From Bacteroidales bacterium (GTDB lineage: Bacteria; Bacteroidota; Bacteroidia; Bacteroidales; UBA932), in NCBI GenBank assembly GCA_017619675.1, contig JAFZRX010000006.1, forward strand, positions 2,616 to 66,615: a DNA stretch of 64,000 bases. The letters are read 5' to 3'. The notes beneath the pieces are model-generated. The model had not been told where the DNA came from, did not search any database, and was given only the letters and a program-made list of their open reading frames with translations. Numbering within the stretch: position 1 is the first letter of the stretch; each line of letters begins with the position of its first letter. Position numbers and translations under genes: made by a program. Of the stretch, positions 37,802 to 46,669 are shown piece by piece.

Positions 37802-37968
37802 GTTTAAGGATCCGCGAGATAATCGTAAGGGCGGAGGTGACTGAATCCTCAGAAGACCGTACGCCTCAGGCTGCCCAGATAAAGAGGGACAGTCAGGATC
37901 AATATGAGCCGGACACAATGACAAGGCGCTTTTACGAAGAAGACCGTTCAAAGGCTAACGAGAGATAG
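37798..37968 (+). CDS. Small 56-aa protein in the afp6/pvc6 position (DUF5908-like by recollection); missing from the ORF track (<60 aa)
   Basis: ATG at 37798 overlaps the tube-gene stop (ATGA). Translation: MSLRIREIIVRAEVTESSEDRTPQAAQIKRDSQDQYEPDTMTRRFYEEDRSKANER, with stop TAG at 37966-37968, 8 nt before the next gene. Confidence 0.6.
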   Translation: MSLRIREIIVRAEVTESSEDRTPQAAQIKRDSQDQYEPDTMTRRFYEEDRSKANER

Positions 37969-37976
37969 ATCGTCTT

Positions 37977-38711
37977 ATGGAAGATATTAACAAAGCGGAG
38001 AAACAAAAGGAATTCATCCCCAAACCCAAGGCAAAGGTTGAATACGCCGAGAAAATGAAATTCCTGGTGTATCAGAAGGTGGATTTCAAGGACGCGGTCA
38101 TCGATCCGGCCACAAACCAGCAATTGATGTTCGTGGTTCAGGTAAATCCTGATTCCATCAGCCGCTCTTTTACTGCCAAGACGGTGGAGGACAAGAAGAT
38201 ACGGTCTGCCAACAGTTCCGGAGAAGGTGCCGGGTTCGAGGCGGAACAGTATTCCTTTGACCTTATCTTTGACGGTACCGGCGCCCTGGGTGTACATACC
38301 ATTGGAAAAGCGAACGAATATTTCCAGAAATTCCTCAAAACCGTATATGCCAACGACACGGACCAGGCTGTAAAGAAGGAGGCCAGTTTCGTGGAGATAA
38401 GATATGGCAAGGAAATTTACCGTTGCAAGTTGTCCGACCTGTCGGCCAAATACACCCTTTTTGGACGCAACGGCGACCCTATGCGTATCAAGGCATCCTG
38501 TACCTTCATCTCCGTGGATAAGGACAAACCGGATGGTAAGCCTAAAAATAAGGGCAAAACAGATGTAGCCCCTGAGGTTCCTGCCGGTTCTGACCCAAAG
38601 GAGTTGGTAAATCCTCAGGACACAATCGAAGAGACTGAAGCCAAGGCAGAGGAGAACAATTCTCCTTCCCTGTTATGTTGCTGCTATTGTTCGGCGGATC
38701 TGAACAAATAA
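37977..38711 (+). CDS. Tube-initiator-like protein (Afp7/Pvc7 position), no recognisable LysM
   Basis: 244 aa. The core ...LMFVVQVNPDSISRSFTAKT...FDLIFDGTGALG... resembles tube-fold 'CIS tube N-terminal' proteins and is syntenic with afp7. The C-terminus is K/P/E-rich and ends in LLCCCYCSADLNK. Confidence 0.55.
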   Translation: MEDINKAEKQKEFIPKPKAKVEYAEKMKFLVYQKVDFKDAVIDPATNQQLMFVVQVNPDSISRSFTAKTVEDKKIRSANSSGEGAGFEAEQYSFDLIFDGTGALGVHTIGKANEYFQKFLKTVYANDTDQAVKKEASFVEIRYGKEIYRCKLSDLSAKYTLFGRNGDPMRIKASCTFISVDKDKPDGKPKNKGKTDVAPEVPAGSDPKELVNPQDTIEETEAKAEENNSPSLLCCCYCSADLNK

Positions 38712-38720
38712 TCTTTATAT

Positions 38721-40448
38721 ATGAGTGACGGTTCATATATTATAAACGGGGTGACCCGGGTCAAGGTGCTGAGTGACGGCGCTGAAGTAGATTGCATTTC
38801 CAATCTGGTCTCAGTGCAGACAATGTGCGCCCTTGGCAGGATATCAACCGCCCAGGTGACCTTCCAGGACCATTCCGCCACTTTTGAACTGTCAGACTCA
38901 GGCGTTTTTGCAGAAGGCTCCGAACTGGAAATACAGATAGGAAAGGACGAAGACCTCTCCTGCATTTTCAAGGGGACTGTTACCAACCGCGCCATGAACC
39001 TTTCAAAGCAGGGAGCGATGTTCACCGTCACTGCAAGGCACGAAGCGTTCAAGATGACGTTGGAGCGCCATTTCCGCTGCTTTGAGGATGTCAGCGATGC
39101 CGATGTCATCAACCAGATTTGCGGCGAATACGGCATAGACGCCCAAGTTGCAGACACTCCCGTGAAACACGAAAAGCTGGTGCAGTACAACTGCTCGGAC
39201 TGGGATTTTGTCAACATGCGCGTCGAAACGGCAGGATTGCTGTTGGCCACTCTGCCAGGCAGCATCCGTGCCGACAAGCCGGACCCCGGCGCTGACCCCG
39301 CTATGACCGTACAGAACGGTTATTCCCTGATCCGTCTTCAGATAGAGACCAACGGGAAGGACCGCTTTGCAAAGATTGCGACAGAAGCGTGGAATTACTC
39401 TTCCCAGGAGGCGGACAGTGCGGAAGCCGAGACCGGTTCAGACGACTTTGCCATCGGCTCCGTGGAGAACAAGGCTCTGGCATCACAGATTGGAAACGAT
39501 ACGCAGACCATTCACCTGCTAAGCGGCCAGACGGCTCCTGACGCTATGGAAATGCTTGGAAAAGCCCAAGCCATGCGCAACGACCTGTCAAAGATGACCG
39601 GCAAGATGACTGCGGCAGGCTTTGCATCAGTCTTCCCTCTTGACAATGTGGCCGTTAAAGATGTAGGCTCACCGTTCAGCGGCACCGCCCTGGTATCCTC
39701 AGTGATACAGGAGTTTTCTTCTTCGGGTTGGGAAACCACCCTGGGACTGGGCTTGAGTCCGGAACCTTTCCACGAGAGGTTCTCAAACATAGACTCCCCT
39801 GCCTCTGACGGCATCATGCCGGCCGTGCAGGGACTTCAGATCGGGGTGGTCGACGCCCTGGCCGGAGACCCTCAGTCAGAAGAGCGCATCCGCATAAAGC
39901 TGATGGGAACGGAAGATGCCTCCATCTGGGCCAGGGTGGCACAGCCGGACGCAGGTGACAGCCGCGGCTTTGAGTTCATGCCTGAGATAGGCGATGAGGT
40001 TGTGGTGGGCTTCCTTGGGGGTAACCCTTCGGAAGGAGTAGTGCTGGGAATGCTGCACAGCAGCGGAAAGTCTTCTCCCATTGAGAAGAACGACGATAAC
40101 AACATAAAGGGAATTGTCTCGCGCGAAGGCCTCAGGCTGGAATTCGACGACGAAGGCAAAACGGTGACAATTGAAACGCCCGGAGGCAATTCCATAAAGG
40201 TAAGCGACGACAGCAAAGGGATTATCCTTGAGGACCAGAACGGGAACAAGGTTACCCTTGACCAGAATGGAATAAGTCTGGAAAGCGCCAAGGACGTTTC
40301 CATAAAGGCGAAGGGAGACGTCAATGTAGAAGGCGTCGACATTAACTTGAAAGCAAACGCGCAGCTCGTGGCCAAAGGCAGCGCCTCGTCTGAGATATCC
40401 AGTGGAGGCAATACCGTGGTCAAGGGTGCGGTAGTACAGATAAATTAA
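38721..40448 (+). CDS. VgrG-like spike/baseplate hub (gpD + gp5 OB-fold + beta-helix; Afp8-like)
   Basis: 575 aa. GFEFMPEIGDEVVVGFLGGNPSEGVVLGMLHS is the gp5/VgrG OB-fold signature. The C-terminal repetitive beta-helix is ...VTIETPGGNSIKVSDDSKGIILEDQNGNKVTLDQNGISLES.... Confidence 0.85.
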   Translation: MSDGSYIINGVTRVKVLSDGAEVDCISNLVSVQTMCALGRISTAQVTFQDHSATFELSDSGVFAEGSELEIQIGKDEDLSCIFKGTVTNRAMNLSKQGAMFTVTARHEAFKMTLERHFRCFEDVSDADVINQICGEYGIDAQVADTPVKHEKLVQYNCSDWDFVNMRVETAGLLLATLPGSIRADKPDPGADPAMTVQNGYSLIRLQIETNGKDRFAKIATEAWNYSSQEADSAEAETGSDDFAIGSVENKALASQIGNDTQTIHLLSGQTAPDAMEMLGKAQAMRNDLSKMTGKMTAAGFASVFPLDNVAVKDVGSPFSGTALVSSVIQEFSSSGWETTLGLGLSPEPFHERFSNIDSPASDGIMPAVQGLQIGVVDALAGDPQSEERIRIKLMGTEDASIWARVAQPDAGDSRGFEFMPEIGDEVVVGFLGGNPSEGVVLGMLHSSGKSSPIEKNDDNNIKGIVSREGLRLEFDDEGKTVTIETPGGNSIKVSDDSKGIILEDQNGNKVTLDQNGISLESAKDVSIKAKGDVNVEGVDINLKANAQLVAKGSASSEISSGGNTVVKGAVVQIN

Positions 40449-40457
40449 AAGATAACG

Positions 40458-40733
40458 ATGGCAGCAGCGGCAAGAGTAGGCGATGCGACAACTCACGGAG
40501 GTATAGTTACGGGTCCGGGAGTCCCCACTGTCATGATAGGCGGCATGCCCGCGGCAGTGATGGGAGACATGCACACCTGTCCCATCCAACCGGGTCACAT
40601 CCCATCTTCGCCTTTCATACTGGGCAGCGCCACTGTCCTGATTGGAGGGAAGCCGGCATTGCGCGTCACCGATCCATGCGGATGCGGGGCCATGGCGGTC
40701 GTGGGCTGTCCCACCGTTATCATAGGAGGTTAA
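40458..40733 (+). CDS. PAAR-domain spike tip protein (Afp10-like)
   Basis: 91 aa. VGDATTHGGIVTGPGVPTVMIGGMPAAVMGDMHTCP...TVLIGGKPALRVTD are PAAR repeats. Confidence 0.85.
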   Translation: MAAAARVGDATTHGGIVTGPGVPTVMIGGMPAAVMGDMHTCPIQPGHIPSSPFILGSATVLIGGKPALRVTDPCGCGAMAVVGCPTVIIGG

Positions 40734-40736
40734 CTG

Positions 40737-41147
40737 ATGAACGATGATATCATAGGAACTGGCTGGAGTTTCCCTCCCCATTTCAGCAAATCTGCTGAAG
40801 GCGGAGCGGGAGTGATCATGCACTCCGGAGTGGAGGAGATTGAGGATTCCCTCTCAGTGCTGTTCTCCACCCAGCTGGGGAACAGGCTGTTCCGTCCCAA
40901 TTTCGGATGCAGCGTGGAGGAATTCCAGTTCCGTTCAATTGACAGCGCCACTGAAATCCGCCTGAAAAGGATGATAGAAAACGCCGTGACGGAATTCGAG
41001 CCCAGGATTATCCTGCAGAGCCTGGACGTGGACCTTTCCGACCTGCCGGAAGGAAAACTGAGGATTGACCTACGATACAGCCTCAAGGCCTCCTATGTGA
41101 AAGAGAACATCATATACCCGTACCACTTCGAAAACGACACACCGTAG
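40737..41147 (+). CDS. GPW/gp25-family baseplate wedge protein (Afp9-like)
   Basis: 136 aa. GTGWSFPPHF...IEDSLSVLFSTQLGNRLFRPNFGC...EFEPRI is typical gp25. Confidence 0.85.
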   Translation: MNDDIIGTGWSFPPHFSKSAEGGAGVIMHSGVEEIEDSLSVLFSTQLGNRLFRPNFGCSVEEFQFRSIDSATEIRLKRMIENAVTEFEPRIILQSLDVDLSDLPEGKLRIDLRYSLKASYVKENIIYPYHFENDTP

Positions 41148-43838
41148 ATGTACGACAACAGTAACAAGGGATTTCTTCAAGAGCATGAAGGCAGCTTCCA
41201 GTTTGAAAGGCTGGAAGGCGCCTCTCTTGGTGCGGGGATGAAAGTCATCGACCGCACTTTCGAAGACCTGGTAAAACAGACGGCCGAATTCGCCGCCTCC
41301 GTCAAGTTCTATAATGACGAAGCCAAGGTTGACGGGAACTGGAAAGATTTCTTCGTGAAGGTATACGACTATAAGAACAAGCGTGTCCTGACCGGAGTTA
41401 TCGACAAGATGATCGAGACCCGTTCCGTGGATCCTCATCTTGCCCTGCTGTTCTCTTTCTACCAGATGCTCCTCAAAGGGCAGGAAGACATCAACACCCT
41501 GACGGGCCGTCAGTTGGAGTTCTACTACAGGGACGTGCTTGGTTTCCGCGAGAAAGGCAGCACTGAAGGGAAAGTAACCGTATTCATCGAACTCAAGAAA
41601 GACGCCGGCACGGTGACCATCCCCAAGGGAACTCTTTTCGATGCCGGAAAAGATGCCAATGGAAAGCGGATAACCTACGTTTCTACAGATGAGATATGCA
41701 TGGGGCACGATGAAGTGGGCGCCATATCCCATTTTGACAACGAAAACGGATTGATGCCTGTAAAAGATGCCGGTACAGGCAGCGGCAAAGGTACTGGAGC
41801 CGGCTCCGGCACTGATTCTGGAAACGACCAGGAACTGGCGGAGCATTCATTCTGTGTAAGTTCCTCCATGCTTAACCAGCCCGGTCAGGACATGACTTTC
41901 TATCTTGACGGTGCGGACGACAAGACCCGTTCCGCACTTGAAGGATTGCGGGCGGAGTATACGGGGGCTAAAGGCTGGGAGAGCCTTGAGATAGTCAAGC
42001 ATAAAGCGAATCCGCTGGAATGGAATATTTCACCTGATTCAAAACCAATAGCGCCATATGACCCGGCAATGCACGGAGGCGACCAGGAATTCAAAGACCC
42101 TGTGATAAGGTTCGTGTCCGACTCCGGAATAGCCATTCTTTCCGACATTAACCTCAAAGCCATCAAGGGGCTGAGGATCAAAGTTAAAGACGCCACCAAC
42201 ATAAAAGTCATGAACCCGTCCGGCGAGGTGGACAACCGGGCCGGCAACAACCCGTTCGGGCCAAACTACAGGATTAATGACACCTTCTGGATTGATCTCC
42301 CCTTCCCTGCGGAAGACGCAGTGATGAGTTGCAAGTTCAAAGACGGCCTGGCGACAAGCAAAGTATTTGACAGGAACAAGGTATCCAGAATTGTCAAATG
42401 CACATATTCCCTGACTGACAGCCGCAGTGACCAGACGCAACTGACAAACGCCTATTCCAAGGCCGTGCTGACATGGATGAAAGACGAGTCATCCGGCAAA
42501 TGGGCCATTGACAATGCCATTCAGAAAGGCCTTATGGCCGTCACCCCTGTCCTGGCCGACTCTATCAAGATGACGACAGCCAGGTACTATGATACGGATA
42601 TAAAGACTTCTTTACAGTACCCGTTTGGCTCATATGGGACCAACGGATTTGAGAACCCGGCGGACGCTTTAAGATTGTTGAACGGTCAGTCCACCTGTTT
42701 CTTTGGCCTCAGCGGAGTATCCGCGGCGGAGACTGACAGTGAGAACGGATCGTCAAGTACTGATCCCCAGGTGAGCCTGTATGTGAAGATGGCTGACAAG
42801 GCCTATCTTGAGCCCGGCAAGGTAAAGTGGAGTTATCTTTCAGGAAGCAGCTGGCTGCCTTTTGACAGCGGATCCGTCCTTAAAGACACCACGGAAGGAT
42901 TGTCCAGAAGCGGAGTGGTGATGCTTTCCCTGAAACCTGGAATTTTCAAGAAGAATGAAGGAATGGCAGAGGATTTCCGTTGGATCAGGGCCGTTGCGGA
43001 CAACGACAACGCAAGTAAGATAGCCGACATCATTCCAGGGGCCCTGGAACTTGAGTACGATGCCTTTTCCGAAGGTTCAGGCCCCCAGGGGAAGATCCTT
43101 CCTGCCGGTTCCATCACGAAACTGGCAAGCGATATCCCAGGAATCAAAACAGTCTCCCAACCTTTTGACGGACTTGCCGGAAGGCTCGCGGAAACGGAGA
43201 ATACATTCAACAGAAGGGTTTCAGAGCAACTCCGCCACAAAAACAGAGCGTGGACCGCATGGGACTATGAACATATTGTGCTTGAGCGCTTTTCAGAGGT
43301 GGCATATGTCAAATGCCTGCCGGCACACAGCATAAAGAACCTGTCAGATCCTGGCACGATGACATTGATCGTAGTACCTGAATCATCTCCTTCCGATCTC
43401 AAGCCCGCCCCCAACAACGTGCTGAGGAATGACATTGCAGATTATGTCAGGCTTCACTGCAGCCCCTTCGTGAATGTTGAAGTCAGCGGTCCTGTTTATA
43501 AAGAAATCAGGGTGATAGTTTCAGTCCACCTCAGGGACGGTTATTTTGACACTGGCGGATACGCATCCAAGATCAATGAGGAACTCAAGAATTATCTCAA
43601 GACGTGGACGGGGTCAACCCAGGAGAAAGGCAACTTCAGAAGCGGAGCGGGAAAATCAGAGATAATTGCTTTCCTGGAATCGCTTCCATACGTAGATTAT
43701 ATAGACGGCATTAACCTGAATGCGGGAGACGCTTCAGAAGACGAGGACGAGATACTGGTGTCCAGACCGCACGAGTTATTGACCTCCGCTCCATCGCATG
43801 ATGTCAAATGTTATCTTGCAGAGACGCATATAGTATGA
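41148..43838 (+). CDS. Baseplate J/gp6-like wedge protein (Afp11-like)
   Basis: 896 aa, starting immediately after the gp25 stop (TAGATG). RAWTAWDYEHIVLERFSEVAYVKC matches the Baseplate_J core. It has a G/S/T-rich insert (AGTGSGKGTGAGSGTDSG). Confidence 0.7.
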   Translation: MYDNSNKGFLQEHEGSFQFERLEGASLGAGMKVIDRTFEDLVKQTAEFAASVKFYNDEAKVDGNWKDFFVKVYDYKNKRVLTGVIDKMIETRSVDPHLALLFSFYQMLLKGQEDINTLTGRQLEFYYRDVLGFREKGSTEGKVTVFIELKKDAGTVTIPKGTLFDAGKDANGKRITYVSTDEICMGHDEVGAISHFDNENGLMPVKDAGTGSGKGTGAGSGTDSGNDQELAEHSFCVSSSMLNQPGQDMTFYLDGADDKTRSALEGLRAEYTGAKGWESLEIVKHKANPLEWNISPDSKPIAPYDPAMHGGDQEFKDPVIRFVSDSGIAILSDINLKAIKGLRIKVKDATNIKVMNPSGEVDNRAGNNPFGPNYRINDTFWIDLPFPAEDAVMSCKFKDGLATSKVFDRNKVSRIVKCTYSLTDSRSDQTQLTNAYSKAVLTWMKDESSGKWAIDNAIQKGLMAVTPVLADSIKMTTARYYDTDIKTSLQYPFGSYGTNGFENPADALRLLNGQSTCFFGLSGVSAAETDSENGSSSTDPQVSLYVKMADKAYLEPGKVKWSYLSGSSWLPFDSGSVLKDTTEGLSRSGVVMLSLKPGIFKKNEGMAEDFRWIRAVADNDNASKIADIIPGALELEYDAFSEGSGPQGKILPAGSITKLASDIPGIKTVSQPFDGLAGRLAETENTFNRRVSEQLRHKNRAWTAWDYEHIVLERFSEVAYVKCLPAHSIKNLSDPGTMTLIVVPESSPSDLKPAPNNVLRNDIADYVRLHCSPFVNVEVSGPVYKEIRVIVSVHLRDGYFDTGGYASKINEELKNYLKTWTGSTQEKGNFRSGAGKSEIIAFLESLPYVDYIDGINLNAGDASEDEDEILVSRPHELLTSAPSHDVKCYLAETHIV

Positions 43839-46648
43839 GCAACGAAAAGAACGAAGTGAAATTACCGGACAGGCTGTCATACGGGCAGCTCAGGGACTTC
43901 GGCCTGGAGTATATCAGAAAGATAGGTTCGGGACGGTGGACGGATTTCAACGTCCACGACCCCGGCGTCACTGCAATTGAAGCCCTCGCCCTTGCCGTTA
44001 CTGACCTGTCCTACCGTTCATCATTCAAGATGGCGGACCTCCTTACCCGTAAGGGTGCCAAGGGACCTGCGATGGAGGGAACAATGTTCCCTGCCTGCGA
44101 TATCCTGTCACAGGAGCCTACTACAATAGAGGATTACAGGAAACTGATCCTGGAGAATGTCCCAGGTGTCAGGAACGTATGGTTCGAAACTGCCGAGAGG
44201 ACAGTAATCGTAAAAGAGAAGCGTAGGGAGACCGTCAAGACAATAAAGACCAGAGGCTACTACAACGTTTTCGTTGAACTGGAAAGCGAGGAGTGCCTGC
44301 TGGACGATTCCTTCATAATGGGCGTCGTAGGCGGGCTGGACAGCGAGACCCAGGCGGAAGAATGGCGCTACAGTTATAAAGAGCGGTATAAAGAACATAT
44401 CCGGGACCTTCTACTCAAGCACAGGAACATAGGAGAGATGGTCAAGGACATCCATATCCTTTCTACCGTGGAGGTAGGCATAAACGTGGAAGTGGAGATC
44501 GAGTCCGACATAGAGGTACGCACCGTACTTCAAAAGATATATGACCTTCTGTACGATTATATCTGCCCTACCATCCAGTTCCACACTATAGAAGACCTGC
44601 TGGCCATGGGCCGTAAGCCTTCGGAGATTTTTGGCGCATGCACCCCGTTGCTGGGCTTCATAGACCGCGAAGACCTTTCCTCCTTTGAAAGGAAGACGGA
44701 GCTGAACACCTCCGACGTCATAGGCATGATGATGAAAGTGCCCGGAATCCGTTCCGTCCGCCATCTGAAGTTCGTCCTTCATACGGACCAGGGCGACATA
44801 TCGGGCACCCATATCAGGCTCGACAACAAATACGGCAGCACGTTCAAGCTGTGTCCGCACTTCATGCGTTCCGGCATCAAGCGCGGAAAGACGTTCATGA
44901 ACAACGTGGTATTCCTGAAGAGGAAACTGTCCTTCTTCCCTCCCGCAGGCAAGAACGGAAGCCTGGTGGAGACTAGACAGGACGAGAGGATAAGGCTTGC
45001 AGACGGTTTTGCCACTGACGTCCCGGCCATAAAAGGAACATACCGCGACCTTGACCGCTACTTCTCATTCCAGAACCTGTTCCCCAAGGCATACCGGCTT
45101 GGAGTGGATTCGTTGCCGGATACGGCCAGCAAGCTCCGCAGGGCTGAATGGCTGCAGTTGAAAGCATACCTGTCATTCTTCGACCAATTGCTTGCAGACT
45201 ATCTGCGCCAGATCGATTCGTACCTGGACCTTCTTTCCGTGGAGCCGTCCCAGTCAGAAGACTGTGGAGACGTATATTTCCACAAGCATATCCTGGATGC
45301 GGAAGTTGACAGTATCTCCTCCGTCCTCTACGGTTATCCTGACTACAAGCTGCCTGACGAAGACATCGACCATTCCATCAGCCGCAAGAGCCAGGTGATG
45401 AACCACCTGCTGTCCCGTTTCAGCGACTCGTTCGCCGAGTTCTCCGCCCTCAGTTTCGTGAAATCCAGTGAATACTTCTCTTTCCGCGAAACCGTGGAGG
45501 ACAAGAAGCGGTTCCTCAAGGATTATCCTGCGATCAGCACTCACAGGAGCAGCGGAACGGACCTTACCATTGGCCTGCAGGTTACCGGCGCAGAGAGGAG
45601 GATTCTGCGCAAGATTGGCGTCAACGACCCGGAGAACAGGATAAAACTTTCCGGAGGCGACCTGTTCGGCATCCATATCATAGAGCACAACCTCCTTGCC
45701 CCCTTCACCAAAGACAGTGTATTCCTGGAAGTTGCCCGGGAGGAGGGCCTTGATATACTGGTAGACGACCCGTACTCCTTCCACCTGACTGCAGCAGTGC
45801 CCGGATGGACGGAACTGGCGTTGAACCTTCCCTTCAGGGCGCATGTGGAGAAAGTCATCCGTGAAGAACTGCCTGCCCATCTCAACGTCAAGATATGCTG
45901 GCTGTCAAGGAGGACCATGGCCAGCCTGGAGGATGCATTGGAGTCCTGGATGGATTTCCTGGGCAATTATGCATATAGACCAGGTGATGAGGAATGGGAT
46001 AAGGCCTACGACTTCATCACCTATAACTTGGCCTATGTCCTGTCCACCTTCTACAATGTATATCCCGAAGCCGTCATTGCACCGGATGAGACCTTTGATT
46101 ACGACGACAACCTTCCGATGTACGACTTCACCCATCTGGGCGCTCCTGACGGAAACGAACCTGAGGAGGTCAGGCCGGAAGACCTTCCATACTACATAAG
46201 AGGTGACTCAGGTATCAAGGAGCACGACAAGTTCCACATTTTTGAACGCCCCGCTCAAGGATGGCCTATCATCACCACCCACCATACGGCATCTGGTCCT
46301 GTCCGTATTCCTTTCCCTATGCCTATAGGAAAACCTAGACCCAAGCAAAATCCTATCAGGGTTCCTATTGTCAAATCTAAGAAGAAGAAAGACGACAATA
46401 AGACATTAGTACCTTTACCGGCAGCGCCCAGGTTTGAGCCGAAGACTGAAGAGATGAGGAAAGCCGAACTGAAGAAGGCCGGACTGACAATTGAATCCCA
46501 TCTGTCATTCCCTGGAATGGGACTACTCATGGAAGACTCCCCCGCCACCTCCTCAATGAGTCCTCCTGCCACCCCTAAGGAAGAAGCCCCGCCAAAAGTG
46601 AAGGCAGCCTCAAAAAAGAAAAAGACAATTAAAAGTAAAACAGAATAA
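43835..46648 (+). CDS. Large baseplate protein (Afp12-like), with Pro/Lys-rich C-terminal tail
   Basis: The track ORF starts at 43808. The ATG at 43835 overlaps the previous stop (ATGA) and gives MSNEKNEVK. FNVHDPGVTAIEALALAVTDLSYR resembles the conserved N-terminal motif of eCIS 'putative baseplate assembly' proteins. The last 111 aa are low complexity. Confidence 0.6.
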   Translation: MSNEKNEVKLPDRLSYGQLRDFGLEYIRKIGSGRWTDFNVHDPGVTAIEALALAVTDLSYRSSFKMADLLTRKGAKGPAMEGTMFPACDILSQEPTTIEDYRKLILENVPGVRNVWFETAERTVIVKEKRRETVKTIKTRGYYNVFVELESEECLLDDSFIMGVVGGLDSETQAEEWRYSYKERYKEHIRDLLLKHRNIGEMVKDIHILSTVEVGINVEVEIESDIEVRTVLQKIYDLLYDYICPTIQFHTIEDLLAMGRKPSEIFGACTPLLGFIDREDLSSFERKTELNTSDVIGMMMKVPGIRSVRHLKFVLHTDQGDISGTHIRLDNKYGSTFKLCPHFMRSGIKRGKTFMNNVVFLKRKLSFFPPAGKNGSLVETRQDERIRLADGFATDVPAIKGTYRDLDRYFSFQNLFPKAYRLGVDSLPDTASKLRRAEWLQLKAYLSFFDQLLADYLRQIDSYLDLLSVEPSQSEDCGDVYFHKHILDAEVDSISSVLYGYPDYKLPDEDIDHSISRKSQVMNHLLSRFSDSFAEFSALSFVKSSEYFSFRETVEDKKRFLKDYPAISTHRSSGTDLTIGLQVTGAERRILRKIGVNDPENRIKLSGGDLFGIHIIEHNLLAPFTKDSVFLEVAREEGLDILVDDPYSFHLTAAVPGWTELALNLPFRAHVEKVIREELPAHLNVKICWLSRRTMASLEDALESWMDFLGNYAYRPGDEEWDKAYDFITYNLAYVLSTFYNVYPEAVIAPDETFDYDDNLPMYDFTHLGAPDGNEPEEVRPEDLPYYIRGDSGIKEHDKFHIFERPAQGWPIITTHHTASGPVRIPFPMPIGKPRPKQNPIRVPIVKSKKKKDDNKTLVPLPAAPRFEPKTEEMRKAELKKAGLTIESHLSFPGMGLLMEDSPATSSMSPPATPKEEAPPKVKAASKKKKTIKSKTE

Positions 46649-46669
46649 TAACCCCATAGACCAAAGAGT

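Noticed and set aside
39876-40823. 315-aa minus-strand ORF (and 39872-40423) opposite the VgrG/PAAR/gp25 genes
   Set aside because: It spans three well-supported, tightly coupled plus-strand genes, so it is an antisense artefact.
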